From Yuukianura sp. NJ FZ-2021 (taxonomy: Eukaryota), in NCBI GenBank assembly GCA_046563655.1, contig CM102287.1:6262001-6326000 (forward strand): DNA of 64,000 bases, given 5' to 3'. This document shows, one piece after another, positions 25,226-39,072 of this stretch (position 1 is the stretch's first letter; the number at the start of each line of letters is the position of its first letter). The translations under genes were made by a program, and so were the position numbers. The notes below the pieces were generated by a model. The model worked only from the letters and a program-made list of their open reading frames with translations. It made no database searches and was not told the origin of the DNA.

Positions 25226-28200
25226 CTCAAACGGCAAATTTTCAAGCCGAACCAAGTTGAATTTGAGCGCCTAGCGAAAAAACATTGAGTTAATCAGGGT
25301 GAGGTTCTCTCACAACATAGGTACACATTCTTTGTAGCCAGACTGTCACATAATTTTTCAAAACTGGCGTTTGACGTGACATGCTAGAAATCTGTGTCAC
25401 TTTTCCGACAACTTTTTTTTTCTTCCCATTTGACGTTGTAATTTAATACCCCAGTACTCTGCAACATTTTAATTTGGCAAATGGAAATTCAATCACGGTA
25501 CAATACGGTGAAAGGTTGGGGAAAAAAAGGATGCCTATGTTCTACATTGTAAAAAGATAAATCAATCCTGAGAGTGTCACATACGCCAATTATGCAGCTG
25601 GAAAAGTTTGTCGTGGATGTCCATAACTTAATTAAAAAGTGAGTTAAAATCAAAATTCGAGATTGAATTTACCTCAGTGTGTGGTAATTTTGTAATTTCT
25701 TAACGTGAATGCGGTTTGAGTAAGTTTTTGTGGGTTATAAAAACAGGAATGATTTTCTACAATAATTTTTAAATAACATTTTGAAATTTAGTGTAGTCAA
25801 TGTAATTTCAAATTATTTGTCAAGAATTTGTCGAACCTAACAGAGATAGTCGTATCTGACACAGTCTGAAGCGAGTTAACTTTTTTAAACAATGTAAGAA
25901 GTCTATTATTGTTACCTTAAGTAACGTTGCCTGATTACAGTTGTAACGGACGCTTTCACTCGATGATAATTAGTCGTTTGTAAATGTAATTAACGGTAAA
26001 GTACTCCAGAACAAACGAATATTTCACGAAAACGGCAAAACATAACCGTCACGCTTCACTTTCACCACTTAAGTCCAATTTTATAAAAATAGTTTTGTAG
26101 TTTAAGAACACATTTTTATAACACCTATAAAAATAAAATGGAGAATAAAATTAGAGCATACGGACTTTGCAAAATTAGAATTGGAAATGAAATGTTTACA
26201 TTGCGATGCGTGAGCTAATAAGCTTGAAAGTAAAACACGAAAACGTTAGAGAGACTTGATTAAATTCCAAGGGATTCGTCTTGTACACATAAGTAAAAAG
26301 TCATTGTTCGATTGGGAGATTCTGCACCGAATGCTTCAGTGCAGTAGCAGAGGGCGTTGTCACTTGAAAAGTGATTAGGAGGAGCCAAGATGCCGGATTC
26401 GTTTAGCTCCGAATACCACATCCTCCTAACCACCACGCCCTACCCTATTTTTACCTTAATTACTTTCTCATAAGACTCATGTCAGCATTCAGTAATTAAC
26501 TTTCCATCACTTTCCAAAGCTAAAATCTTGCTAGAGATCTATTTGACCTCTGATGACCTCAGCATTTTCTACATGTTGTACTGCAACAAAAACATTCCAA
26601 AACTGGAAACGAGAAGGGTGTACAAAATCGATAGCCAATTTTATGTGTTAAGCCAAGAGATCGAACCTAAATGAAACGAAAACAAATATTTGTGCTCGCT
26701 TTCTTTTCTTACTTAAAAACGTTCATAGTGTAACAATGAATTTCTGAAAAAATAGTATACAAACGCGAACAGTAAAAAATTGAAAAGTTCCATTGTCATC
26801 GTCTTAATTTCTGTTTGAAGTAAGAAAAGAGCGTTACCCTGAAACACCCTTATTTCTCCCTACTTTAAACCATTGTTTCCAAAATCATTAAGTTGATGGA
26901 CTTGAAAATGAAATGAAACCCTACCATACAGAGAGTTACTTCCAACATGACTTTTGTGAGCGGAAACAGTCTTTTCAATTGTTTCAACAATCGACCACCG
27001 CCACTACCAGTTTTGTTGAGTCATCTTCTCAATATGGTCGAAATGGAATCTACCGCATCCAAAATAGAACTAAAAAACTAGATCAGACTCTGTGATAAAA
27101 TATAACGCTTAGAGGATAGTTACTCCCTTCGAACCTTCTCAATTTAATCTTCGGCCCAATTTAAAATTTTAACAAGTCAACCTCTGTGTGTGGTAACTTC
27201 TAACTGCGTCCCTGCTACTGTTGATTGTCAATTTAGCAACCAATTTCGCAAACTATTACGGTTTGATTGACAAAGTAGTTAGTAAAAATGGTCATCTAGT
27301 TGCGGATTTTCATGTCTAAAATGTTGACATGCCTAAAATCGCTTTCTCCTTTAGATTTACTTTGATGATTAAAAGTGAATATGAGAATGGTTGGGATTAT
27401 GTGGAATTGGGTGTGGTCTCTCAAAGGGCTTCGTGCCGCTTGTTCCTTTGGTAATTAAAAGAACCTGACTCTGTGGGATAGCTTAAGATTTTAAATCAAA
27501 TGGGATTAATGATGAACCGATGACGAAGTACATTTTTTTTTGTTGATTTCTAGTCAAAGATTCTTCAGTGTACACAACAACTGTAGACTACGGGTGAAAT
27601 CATCTAAAATTTAACAGCGGAGAGAAGGAAATACTGATCAAGGAAACATAAAAATAAAAGTGGGTTCAACATTTAACATCATTTTATGCACTTGCTTTTT
27701 AAAACTATTTACACCACCGCCAAATTACCACAAAATTTGGTATCATTTTGTTGAAATTGCATTTTGGAAATAAATTAGCGTGAAAATATTGCCGTCTATC
27801 GTTTTTCCGGATTTTTCTTGTGAATTTGAAATAAGCCCTGATTAGTTATATCTTGATTTCTGCTAAATTATGAATTTAGTAAGTGGAAGACATATTACTG
27901 CATGCTATGAATTTCGTATCGCACAACTGCTTGGTTAAAAAAAACAAGTTAATAAAAAGTATAAATCTCATATTTCTCATTGGTATGATGCGTGCAAGTT
28001 AACAAGAAATTTAAAACAGTACGGACTTTACAACTTAACTTTTAAAAATTGCGGAGGTAGTCGGGGATTTGTCGGTTACAAACACGAATATTCATATTTT
28101 AGTATTTCACAAAGACATGGAGTAGAGTGATGTTGCGGTTTTTGTATCAACGGATATTGAAGTAAGCGGGGTTCAATTTTTAGAAGTTATGTTGAAATGA

Positions 28201-28299
28201 AATCCAAGAATAAAATTACGACTCCCTGGGGAAGAAGAGTTGTACTTGGAAACATTAATTCGTTGCAAGACTATTATCTACTGTTTAATGATAGTCAGC

Positions 28300-28578
28300 A
28301 ATTTCAAAACAATAATACGTCACTACGAAACACTAACACTACCCGCCCGCTGTGCAGCTACCAGTATTCGATTGCTCATCATTTCCTACATCTACACTTT
28401 CCTTTAACTTCTTCAACAAAATAACGTCAGCATCATCCTCAGTCTGCTTCCATTTTGCGTTTACCAAATGCCTTCTTCCATACAACTTTCGCCAGAACCC
28501 AGACGCGTTTGCCAGAATTTGAAACTGGGCGCCAGTTTCAAATATTTCAGGAAAGGCCTTGGTGTTAGGATGACGATA
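28300..28578 (-). pseudogene. Decayed duplicate of the PUS7 last-exon end and 3' UTR
   Basis: Collinear similarity to 40857-41130, e.g. atttcaaaacaataatac.tcactac, gattgctcatc.tttcct.catct, ttccatttt.cgtttacca; has frameshifts. Confidence 0.8.
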
Positions 28579-28656
28579 TATTGTAATAGTTAAATATTCA
28601 GCAAAATGTACATTTTTGTTAAAGGAAAAGGGACATGCAATTGTCGTAAAACCTTA

Positions 28657-31271
28657 TCAACTTTCAAATTTGTCAAAAATTTCACGCAAAACGTTCGTAT
28701 GGATAACCAGTTGCGAAAACGTTGGTCGCAATTTTTCGTCTAGGCTCCAGCATTCCTCCATGATTTCATACCTAATGTATATAAACATGTTTAAATATGT
28801 TATATAAGTTTTTATACATTAATTTTAAATGTAAATATTAAAAGAAAGTTACATTTGAGAAGGACAGTAAGGTGGACGCGGAAGTCGACTTCCTCCGAGT
28901 ATTGCCGAAATGTATTCAACACCGTACTCGTATTTTGGCCACGGTTTGTCCCCAAGTGAAAAAATTTCCCACAAAGTTACTCCATAAGTCCAAACATCCG
29001 TTTTTTGCGAAAATGTCAAGTTTCGCATAGTTTCTGGAGCCATGTATCGCCAGGGCAGGGCTGTCTGTGTCAAGATGTAAGAACTTACGTTCAAATAATG
29101 GAAACTTGGAAATATTGGTTATAGTTTCCTTTAGCGCGGTAAATTTTACCTCCTCGTCCTTAGCATAAAGAGCGTAGTTGTGTAGTGTTCGGGCAGAAGC
29201 GAAATCTGTAATTTTGGCGGTTCGGTTCACTGTCAACAAAATATTTCGCAACGCCAGGTCACCGTGACAGACTTTCTTCTGAGCCAAGAACTCCATCCCA
29301 AGTCCAACTTCGTAGCTCCATCTCACAAGATTCTTTGTCGTAATTGTCTCTTCTGCGCCCATGATGCGTTTCATATACTCTTCTGATTTGCGCATGTACC
29401 GACATCTATAGCTGCTCTCGATTTCCTTGAAGCATCCCTTGTTAGCCCGCAAATAGCTTTCCAGCGACCCCTTCTCACACAGTTCCATTACAATCCAAAG
29501 ATTTTCTAGGGATGAGGAATTTTTTCAATGAGGTAAATCAAATTTTCAAAAATTCAAAAGAAATTGAAAATTTAAACTTACGATTTGCAATTTCGGTTGT
29601 ACAGACTCCTTCCAAGTTGACAATGTTTGGATGATTTCCGATGTAGCACATCACTTTAACTTCGTCCAGAACAGCCTTGAAGTATTCGTCGTCGTAATTC
29701 AATTCACAGGAGCGTATCGTTTTCACCGCCACGGCGCACGGTTTTTCGTCATGTCGTTGCAACTGGCCCCGAAAAACCGTTCCGAATTGTCCAAATCCCA
29801 GAACCTTAGTTTCGTCTATTAGAAACACCAAAAAATGCGATCCGTTATTGGCCGATGGTCTAGTTCAATGTTGTTTAAATCGAAATTTTGTTTATTTTTC
29901 CTTAAGAGGTTACGCCATAGCTCCTTTTTATTTTATTTTTTTCAAATTCTTTGAACCGCGCATTCGACGCGGCTCCGTTGCATTGGCAAATCGAAATCAA
30001 AACTATGACTCAGCAACATGAAAATTTAAAAAATTCAAACGATTGTTGTGAAAATCGACAAAATTCGTCCACAAGTTTTTTTTTTTAGAATTCGGACTTA
30101 TGGCATAACCTGCTACGGCATTTGTCCAAACGGCCTCTACAGCAACCTTGGTCTAGGTCAAAAACACAAATGGGAATGATTTTTTCAAAAAATTTGAAAA
30201 AAAAAATTGTTCTACAAACCAATTGTAAATTGTGACTGCTCCAGTTCAAATTCTTTTTTGAAGGAACAGAAAACTGCTTCATGTCGTAACGGCGTCTTCA
30301 GTGGCCCGAACGTGTCGTTTATGATATACTGCCCCTCCACGATATTGTTGACCCAGTTCTTCAAATTTTCAACATTTGCTTTCAAAGTTGTATCTCCTTT
30401 CGACATTTTTTCATTTTCAATTTGGAGAGCAGCACTGACAGCTATTGATGATAACATGGAGAAGCCTTTGTAGAAATCTTCGAGTTCTGCTTCAGTGAGT
30501 CTACCCGGAGAGTTTCTCTGTTTCTTTTCTTTGAGCTTGACCTCTTCTATGACAATTGTCATAAAGTTGAGTATGACCCAGACAGAATATGGTTTGTAGA
30601 TGAGGTGGTAGCAGACACCAATCACAACTGAGAATGTGATAGTGTAGGTTAACCGAAGAAAGGAAATGTCAATTAGGAACAAAATGTAGGCTTGCAGAAC
30701 AAAAAACGTCGCCAGGAAATACACTTTGCAGTAGACGAGATTTCTCTGAAGAATTAGGAAAAGTGAAATAAATTTAAGAATCCAGACTTGCTTTCCTTTG
30801 AAAATAAAAAACTGCATTACGTTTTCATGGAAAAATTAACGATCAAGAATTTAAAAGTTGGACTCACTTGACCTACGGCTCTGAAGAGAAAAAAAGAAAC
30901 GACAAAGTCAACCACATCTTTCAAATACAACAGAATCCATGTGAGATAGTGGAATGCAACTACAGCTGGAATTCCATCGCTGCGCTCCAATTCTGCAGTG
31001 CCCTCTCTCGTCACATTGGAAGCTTTTTCAGGTGGAAATCCTTCTTGCGTTAACACATCCTTTGTAACCACGAAAGTGCACAAAATAGAATCAATCTACC
31101 AAGATAAACAGAAAAAAAAACTGGTTACGACCAATGCGAAATGTACGACTACTGATTGAGTTTTGCTAAAGAAAAGCCTACCATGTTGACTACAGCGACA
31201 ACTCGTGCACAACCCTCAACACTAATGTTGACACAAGGAAGTCCAGGCGGATTCCAGCGTTTAATTATCAT
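28657..31271 (-). CDS. Multi-TM (about 4 helices) tyrosine kinase, PVR/FGFR-like catalytic domain, copy 1
   Basis: GFGQFG, VAVK, HPNIVNLEG, HGDLALRNILL, DFA (in place of DFG), LPWRYMAPE, DVWTYG, CW..RPTF; hydrophobic N-terminal exons splice in frame to the kinase. Confidence 0.87.
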
Positions 31272-31654
31272 GTTCACAACGATCGAATTTGAATTTCAAA
31301 ATTGTAAAATTTCGAACTGATTCACTATGTATAATTTCTGCGGTTCGTTTTTGTTTTGTTCTGTAGGTACACATAAGAAACACAAATGCGATTTTTATTT
31401 GTAAATAATATTAACTTCCAGTTTGGAAACAAAACAGGATTGGGGAGTTCCAGGAACAGTTTTTTTCTGGATTTAAAATGTACATAAAATGTACACCTTA
31501 GTATTTCTTTCGCCATGCATACTGAAGTCAAGACATTTATTTTATAGTGAGTTAATTAGCGTGTTTCAACAAAAACTTGTTTTCGTTTTTCGTGGAAAGT
31601 CTCCTTCCTCATGGATTTTCCAGTTAACAAAAACGGAGATACGGCATTATATTA

Positions 31655-31700
31655 AACTAGAATAACTGCGTTGCCTATCGGCAACGCAGTTAGTCTAGAG
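31655..31700 (-). mobile_element. Possible Helitron-type 3' terminus
   Basis: Stem-loop aactgcgttgcc-tatc-ggcaacgcagtt flanked by CTAG; on the minus strand the CTAG is followed by T. Confidence 0.4.
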
Positions 31701-32068
31701 TGTGGCGAATGTACCAGTTTGACAGAATAATCGTAGTATATCGCAGTCTTTAAAACAAATAGGAGAAAAACCAAAACTTGAGTACAATGAGCCCGCATCC
31801 GGGTTACTTCAACCCGTGTTTTGGTGTTCGTGCAGTGAGAGTTAACTCCTGTGCTGGATAACCTTGAGTTCAAAGCGAGAGTTAACTCTCACTTTCCTTC
31901 CTTTAGTAGCCACGATGACTCTTGCACAATGCTGCAATATGTAGTAGATTATTAAAGTAATATTTATGTCATATTCTGTCAAAAGAGATAATAAATATTC
32001 ATATAAAAAACATAGATATGTAATAACAATTAGGTGGCAAGGTCTACATTTCGCGAAAACGGAAAAAA

Positions 32069-34400
32069 TTATGAGTTTTCAAGTTTGTCAAAAATTTCAC
32101 GGAGGACTTTTGTATGAAAAACCAGTTGAGAAAATGTTGGTCGCAAATTTTCATCCAAGTTCCAGCACCCTTCCATGACGGCATACCTAATGTACGACAA
32201 TTAAAAACATATATAATAAATGTGTATTATAAATATTTATAATAGTATTAATATGGATTTACATCTGAGGAGGACACTTAGTTGGACGTGGAAGCCGACT
32301 TCCGCCAAGTATGGCCGAAATGAAGTCAACACCGTACTCGTAGTTCGACCACGGTGTGTCACCGAGTGAAAAGATTTCCCACAACGTTACTCCATAAGTC
32401 CATACATCCGTTTGCTGCGAAAATGTCAAGTTTCGCAGACTTTCGGGCGCCATGTATCGCCAAGGCAGGGCCGTCTGAGCCAATTAAATAACGAGATTTT
32501 CAAATTTTGAAAAGAATTTAGTTTAATTTTTACTACCTCTTCGTCCCTGGCATAGAGTGCATAGTTGTAGAGTTTCCGTGCTAAGCCGAAATCTGAAATT
32601 TTGGCGGTTCGATTCCCAGTTAGCAAAATGTTGCGCAGAGCGAGGTCACCGTGACACACTTTCTTTTGAACCAAAAACTCCATCCCGAGTCCAACCTCGT
32701 GACTCCATCTGACCAAGTTCTGGGTCGTAATCGTCTCTTCTGCGCGAGTAATGTGTTTCATGTACTCTGCTGATTTGCGCATGCGCCGACATTTATAACT
32801 GCTCTGGATTTCCTTGAAACCGTTCTTGTTATTCCGCAAGTAGTTTTCCAGTGAGCCCTTCTCACACATTTCCATTACAATCCAAAGATTTCCTATGAAG
32901 GAAAATTTCAATTCAATTTAAAAAAGTTAAAACTATGTAAGGTAAACTCACGATTTGCAATGTCGGATGTACACACTCCCTCCAAGTTGACAATGTTCGG
33001 GTGACTACCAATGTAGCACATTACTTTGACTTCATCAAGCAGAGCCTTGAAATATTCGTCGTCAAAATCGTCACTGGCACGCGCTGTTTTCACGGCCACG
33101 GCGTGCGGTTTTCCGTCATTTCGTCTCAACTCACCCCAATAAACAGATCCGAATTGCCCAGATCCCAGAATCTTAGTTTCGTCTGTTAAAATACGAAAAA
33201 AATGCAATCTAATTATTGACCGACGTAGTTCAAAAAATCAACTCAAAATTGTTTTTCTAAAATTCGAAAAAAAGTGTTCTGCGAACCAATTGTAAATTCT
33301 GACTGGTCGAGCTCAAATTCCGTTTTGAACGAACAGAAAACTGCTTCATGTGACGGCATCTTCAGCGGCACGAACATGTCATTTCTGATATACTGCGACC
33401 TTGGCCCTTCCACGATATTGTTGACCCCGTGCTCCAAAGTTTCGAAATTTTGTTCCAAGGTTTCATGTTCTTTCAAGCTTTTTTCATTTTGAATTTGGAG
33501 GGAAGGACTGATTACTATTGATGACAACATGGAGGAACCTTTGTAGAAATCTTCGAGTTCTGCTTCTGTGAGTCTGCGCGTTGAGTGTCTCTGTTTGTTT
33601 TCTCTGACCTTGACCTCTTCTATGACAATTTTCATAAAGTTGAGTATGACCCAGACAGAATATGGTTTGTAGAATGCGTGGAAGCAGAAACCAATCACAA
33701 CTGAGACTGTAATAGTGTAGGTCAGCCGAAGGAGGCAAATGTCAATTAAGTACACAGTGTAGGCTTGCAGAACAAGAAACGTCGAAAAGAAGTACAGTTT
33801 ACAGTACACGAGATTTCTCTGAAAAAATATGAAAACTTAAATGAAACGAGTCCAAACTGGCTTTTCCTGCTTTTCCGTGTCAATGCAATATTACCGCTTG
33901 TTACTCTACCGGTACTTTAACATTTTGTGTTTTGAAGAAAAATTTATAAATGCGAATTCGACAAAATTCAAAAGATGAACTTACTTGACGTACGGCTTTG
34001 AAAAGAAAAAGAGAAACGACAAAGTCAACCAAATCCTTCAAGTACAACAGAGTCCACGTGAGATAGTGGAATGCAATTGTCGCTGAAATTCCAGCGCTGC
34101 GCTGAAGTTCTGCAGCGCCATCTCCAGTCAAATTTTGCGGATTGAGCGTTTCTTCGAGAGGAAATCCTTCTTGTGTTACTATATCTTTTGTAACCATCAA
34201 GGCGCACATAATACATCCGATCTAATCATAACAGAGATGTGTACATTTTCTGCAGGTATTACATAAAAGTATATTTAGTTTGAAAAATTGGAGAAAGATA
34301 TTTTAAGTACCATGTTGATAACTGCAACAACTCTTATAGAACCCTCGACAGTAACGTTGACACAAGGGAGTCCAGGTAGCTTCCAGTGTTTAATCAACAT
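32069..34400 (-). CDS. Multi-TM tyrosine kinase, copy 2 (tandem paralog)
   Basis: Same exon structure as copy 1; GSGQFG, VAVK, HGDLALRN, canonical DFGLAR, LPWRYMAPE. Confidence 0.88.
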
Positions 34401-35096
34401 CTTTACTGTTCTGGATTTTGAATTTCAAAATTGTTCTGTTTTGAGTTGAAAAGTTTTGGATTGACTGAAACATGTAATGTATGTGGTTCGTTTTTGTTTT
34501 GGCTTTTGGTATTAACTCTGTTGACATTCTGGTCAAAATTTAAGTACTTTTTTCGTCTCTTGCAATGTTTTTCAAGTTTGAAAACAAAACTGGATTGGAG
34601 GATTCTTGGAACAGTTTTTCCTCATTATAAAATGTGCATCCAGTATTTTCCAGATCAGCGTACTATATGCTCTATACGTATTAGTATTTATCTTATTATA
34701 TGAGGATTGGTGAGTTTGAGTTTCTGGCAAAAACTTGTTTTCATTTTTCATAAAAACTGACGAAATCCGTTCCTTTTCCTGTCAACAAGAACAAAGGCGG
34801 TTGAGTTTCGAACTGAGTAATTAAATTCATTATTTTATGTTTTATTTTTAATATGTAAACATTTGAAATGGTCACAGCAGAACACGAACTAAGACTCAAT
34901 AATATATTTTATTTCATTTTTATAGTTGTTAGGAAATCCAAAAGTTTGTTATTGGAAGGTCTACGCTTGTGGCTAAACGTAATGTTTGTGCTCACTAACT
35001 TTAATGTTAATGCTGATATTAAGTACAGTATAGCTCAAGAAAAAGGAGTCAAAAATATTAAGTTTCAGGCAGTGCAGGGTGCCTGGAAGCAATCTT

Positions 35097-36658
35097 TTAT
35101 GTTGAATTCCAATGTCTCTTTCTTGATGTTCTTCTTGCCTCCATCGAAATATTTAACCTGTTCGAAAACATTTATTTTGAAATTGAAAGGCCAAGGATTC
35201 AAAATTTATGTAAATTTTAACAACAATTCATACCTTTCTTCCTCTCCTTCCAAGAGTTTTTTATACGTTGCAATTTCGTTGTCAAGTGCCACTTTAGTCT
35301 CCATCAAATCCTGGTAGTCGTTGATTACTTGCGTCTTTTCTGCTTGAAGCACACCTAGTTGATCTTGCAGATTTTTGGCGCATGCGCTGGCAGCTTCTGC
35401 TTCAGCCTTCATCATGTCTTCCAAACTTTTGATTTGGTTAGACAAAAAGTCTTTTTCCTTTTCTAGTAAAATTACACGGGCCTTTGTAGTTTGTAAAGAT
35501 TTTTCTATAGTTTGGATTTCATTTGTTTTTGATTTAAGAGTTGCCGCCATTTGGTCTTTCTGTTTCATCAAATCCGCTTCTTTCAATTTAAACAAATTCT
35601 CTTGTTCTGTTTTGTTACTTGCAATTTGCTTTTCACACTCCAACCGCAAAGATTTGATAACTTTTTGAACGTTGGTTTCATAGTCTTTGCCCAACTTTTC
35701 ACCAACTTCTTCAATTTTCTTTTGATTAAAAGTGCGCAAAGCGACTACTTCCTGTTGATGCATTTCCAATTTGGACTGCAGTTCGGTTGTTTTGGACTTC
35801 AGTTGATTTGTCAATTCTGCATTCTGGATTGTGACGGTTTCCAAATTCTTTTTTAGTTTTGCCGATTCGTCTCCGAGTTTCTTAAGTTCGGATTCCAGCG
35901 ATTTGTTCTTGGCTGTGAGATGCGAATTTTCAGATTTCTGTTTCTCGAGTTCTCCAGTTTTGGCGATGGCGTCATCTCTGTGTTTTTTTGATTCTTTCTG
36001 GAGATCAGAAATTTCTGTTTTGTTTTGCTGCAATCTGAAAAATTAATTTTTTAGGACCTAAGAAATCATTCCGTTTGGCAGAGATTTAATGAGGAAATTT
36101 TTTACTTTAGGTTTGCTTCGGTCAATTGTTTCTTCGCCTCTTGGAATTGCAAATTCAGACTTGATTTTTCATTTTGGCAATCCAAAAGCTGCTTTCGAAT
36201 GTCCGTGTTTTCTTTTCCCAGAGACTCATGGATTGTTTTTGTGGTGACTTTCAAAGTTTCCTCAGCAGATTCAACCTTAGGTGGAATTTTTGTTAAGATT
36301 CCAATTTTATCAATCTACTTTTTTAAGTTTTGAGATTTGTTTTTACTTGAACCGAGAGTTGTGAATTTTCAAGCTCGAGTTGATGGTTACGTTCGATGAT
36401 GGCGGCAAGTCTGTTGTTCAAGGCAATCAGCGTGTTTTTTTCGTCCAGTCTTGACAGGCGAGTGGCCTTTGCAAGCTCTGTGCGAGCATCACAAATTTCC
36501 GAATTTACTAATTTCCTTAATTTCACATTTTTAAAAAATTTGGAAACTGAGATTTGAGTGGTACCTCCATTGGGTGAGGATTGTACTGGGGAGGGCGTTG
36601 TCGGTGCTGGGGAAGACGTCGGTGTTTCCTGTTTCTGACTTCGGGATCTCGTCGCCAT
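35097..36658 (-). CDS. Lamin-derived intermediate filament protein lacking Ig-fold tail and CaaX
   Basis: Coil 1A LNNRLAAII and rod-end ALDNEIATYKKLLEGEEERL motifs; last exon RLNISMEARRTSRKRHWNST*. Confidence 0.88.
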
Positions 36659-39072
36659 GACTGACTCCAAAACACTCCGAAAGACTCTGCTTAAAAACGA
36701 CAGTTCAAAACAAAAACTGAACTTACGGTTTTGTTCAAACGGGTTTCCGCTTTGTTCAAATATTTTGTTCCCTCTGAGGTTGTAGATTTGGAAATGGGTC
36801 GGATGAAGCTGAAAGTGGGACAGAGTCAGATGAGTGCTAACGAGACACCCACACACACCAGAGTCTATATTGGGAAATGAGCATAGAAAGATATTTTTGT
36901 ACAAGAACATAATGGCCAATAGCAAAAACGGCCGATTTACCAGGGCCCTTACAAAGGATACTTATAACAGGGTAAGGGGCACTTGTAAAGCGGCGCTTAC
37001 AAAAGAAGTTAATAACCGCCAACGGTAAAAGCGATAAAGGTTGAAAAAAAACTGTAAAACCTGTAAAGAAGCTTTTGTATTTCTGGATTTTAAAGGATTA
37101 GAGGTTTTTTGAGTGCTTCTAAAATTTTGAGTCTAAAATTCACCAGGTTTCCATTTGTCTTGAGTAGTAATGTGTTTGGATTCTCTCATTTCTCTTAGTA
37201 TTTGAGTCTCATTCTAATCTAATTAAGTTAGATAACGTTAGCTTAACTTAATCAATGTGTTTTACATCATTTTGTACGTTTATGTATAACTGAACGTAAC
37301 CTTGGTATGCGTGAGAAATATTATATAAGAATTATTTTCATTCCATCAAATTACGCTAAGCGCGAAGTCGTAGTCAACAGTAGTTTTGTTTAATGCAACT
37401 TTGATCATTACTGGAGACGAAAAATTTTGTGAGGCTTTATGATTGGCGTGTTTTGGATTAGCGTTTGTTGTTTTGAGATTGAACATTAAAACCTTGCGGA
37501 GGGCCTTGAAAAAAGTTGGCAAATCGATTCTCTGCACAAGGAAAGTACATTTTTTTGCAGACCAAAACAGGAACTGACATTGAAATTCTACACAAGAGTA
37601 GCCGTGCAGGTAAAGCGCTTCCATCTAATTAATGCTTTAAAGCCTCTTACCTGAAGATAACAAAAAAAATTCAATTTTGAGTGTTGTTTACATTTATAAC
37701 AGAAAAAACGCTTGGTTCAAACACTCAAAATAATCTCAAGTGACCAAATACTTAATGAAATAAATGATGAAAGCTGGCGACGTGATGGATAAAAAATAAT
37801 TCATAACGTTCAACGAAACTTTGCCAATGAACATTATGCACCGACTTACTAAAAATTAATTCGTGTGAAATTTTATTTACATCAATAATCTTTTTGAAAG
37901 TTGAATTTCTTTGTTCAGTCACTGTGCGGATGATGGAGATGATGATTGGGACAGCATGCTGCTCGCATCTCTCTCGTCAACGTTTTCAGGTGGCACAGTC
38001 CGTCGTCAGTCAAATAACACGTAGCTACAAATAAATTGCAAAACACGTTCACAAAAACTTACAAAAAAAAAAAAAAACTAAAGAAGTGTAATTTCAATAG
38101 TTTCATTATAATAATTTCAATGTGCTTTGTCGCTTGTTTTTAAAGCAAATCGATCTAAAAACGGCTTGCAGCCAAGAATGAACTGAACTGAACTGTAACT
38201 GTAATACTGATTGAGGTATGCGTAACAAAAGTTTAATTACCGTCGACGCTGTAGTTCTGGTGAAGCGAACTCGCAAGCAAAAGAAAGAAAAGCAAGATGA
38301 AAAGTTTCCTCATTTTAATAACTAGATACTACAAAATTTAACCTAAAACTAAAACGCTGTTTCAACAAAGTTCAAGAAAGGTTTACACAATAATTGTGTT
38401 TGAATTATTCTAACTTTTTGTACAGAGACTAATTCAATGCAGGCAAGAAATTGAAGTTTGCTACCACAATCAAATCGAATACTGCTTAATTACTTTTTAC
38501 ACTTTGTGGTTAACAACTATGCGGCAAACTCTTTTCATAGATAAATACATGACTTAAGTGACTGAACATTGGTAAAGCCTATATTTATAATCTGATTATT
38601 TTACAGTAATTGGAATTTTTACCTTAAGGAAAATCGTGTTAAGAAAAGATAGACGTTACACGCGTCTACTAACAAATTGTATGTTGACTGGGCCATTGCT
38701 ATGATTTAATTGTTTCATACAATTTTAGTAATAATTCTCCTGTATAATATCAAAAATTGACTGAATTTAAATTCATGACACTAAACCTGAATTAAAAAAA
38801 ATAAAAAACCGTCCTTGAACTAAAACCAAATTTAAAAGTGGGAGTGTTCATGTAAGTTAACTTTGTTTGACAAAAATTCGGCACGCCAAACTGGTTATTT
38901 TGACAAACGAAAATCCTTCAAGGTAGCTACAACAAAAAAAAAACTCTATAAAAGCGTAACTTTTGTTCACATTTGAACTTTAAAACGCAAAATTCAAGAA
39001 TTAGTTTCCTAGCTCTGACGGGCTCTGACGAAGGTTGAAAAGAAGAAGAGTGAAAATAAAGTTTAGCACAAG

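Noticed and set aside
25400..28250. Short ORFs in the long intergenic region
   Set aside because: No recognisable motifs or consistent exon chain
29900..30115. Possible TTAA-type insertion enlarging a kinase intron
   Set aside because: Only a weak ~11-bp inverted match and no second TSD; not enough to call
36659..36925. N-terminal extension of the lamin-like ORF
   Set aside because: Begins at a non-ATG codon with UTR/promoter-like composition; ATG at 36658 gives a normal head
37100..38900. Possible small gene between the lamin-like and oxygenase genes
   Set aside because: Isolated splice-like sites but no coherent reading frame
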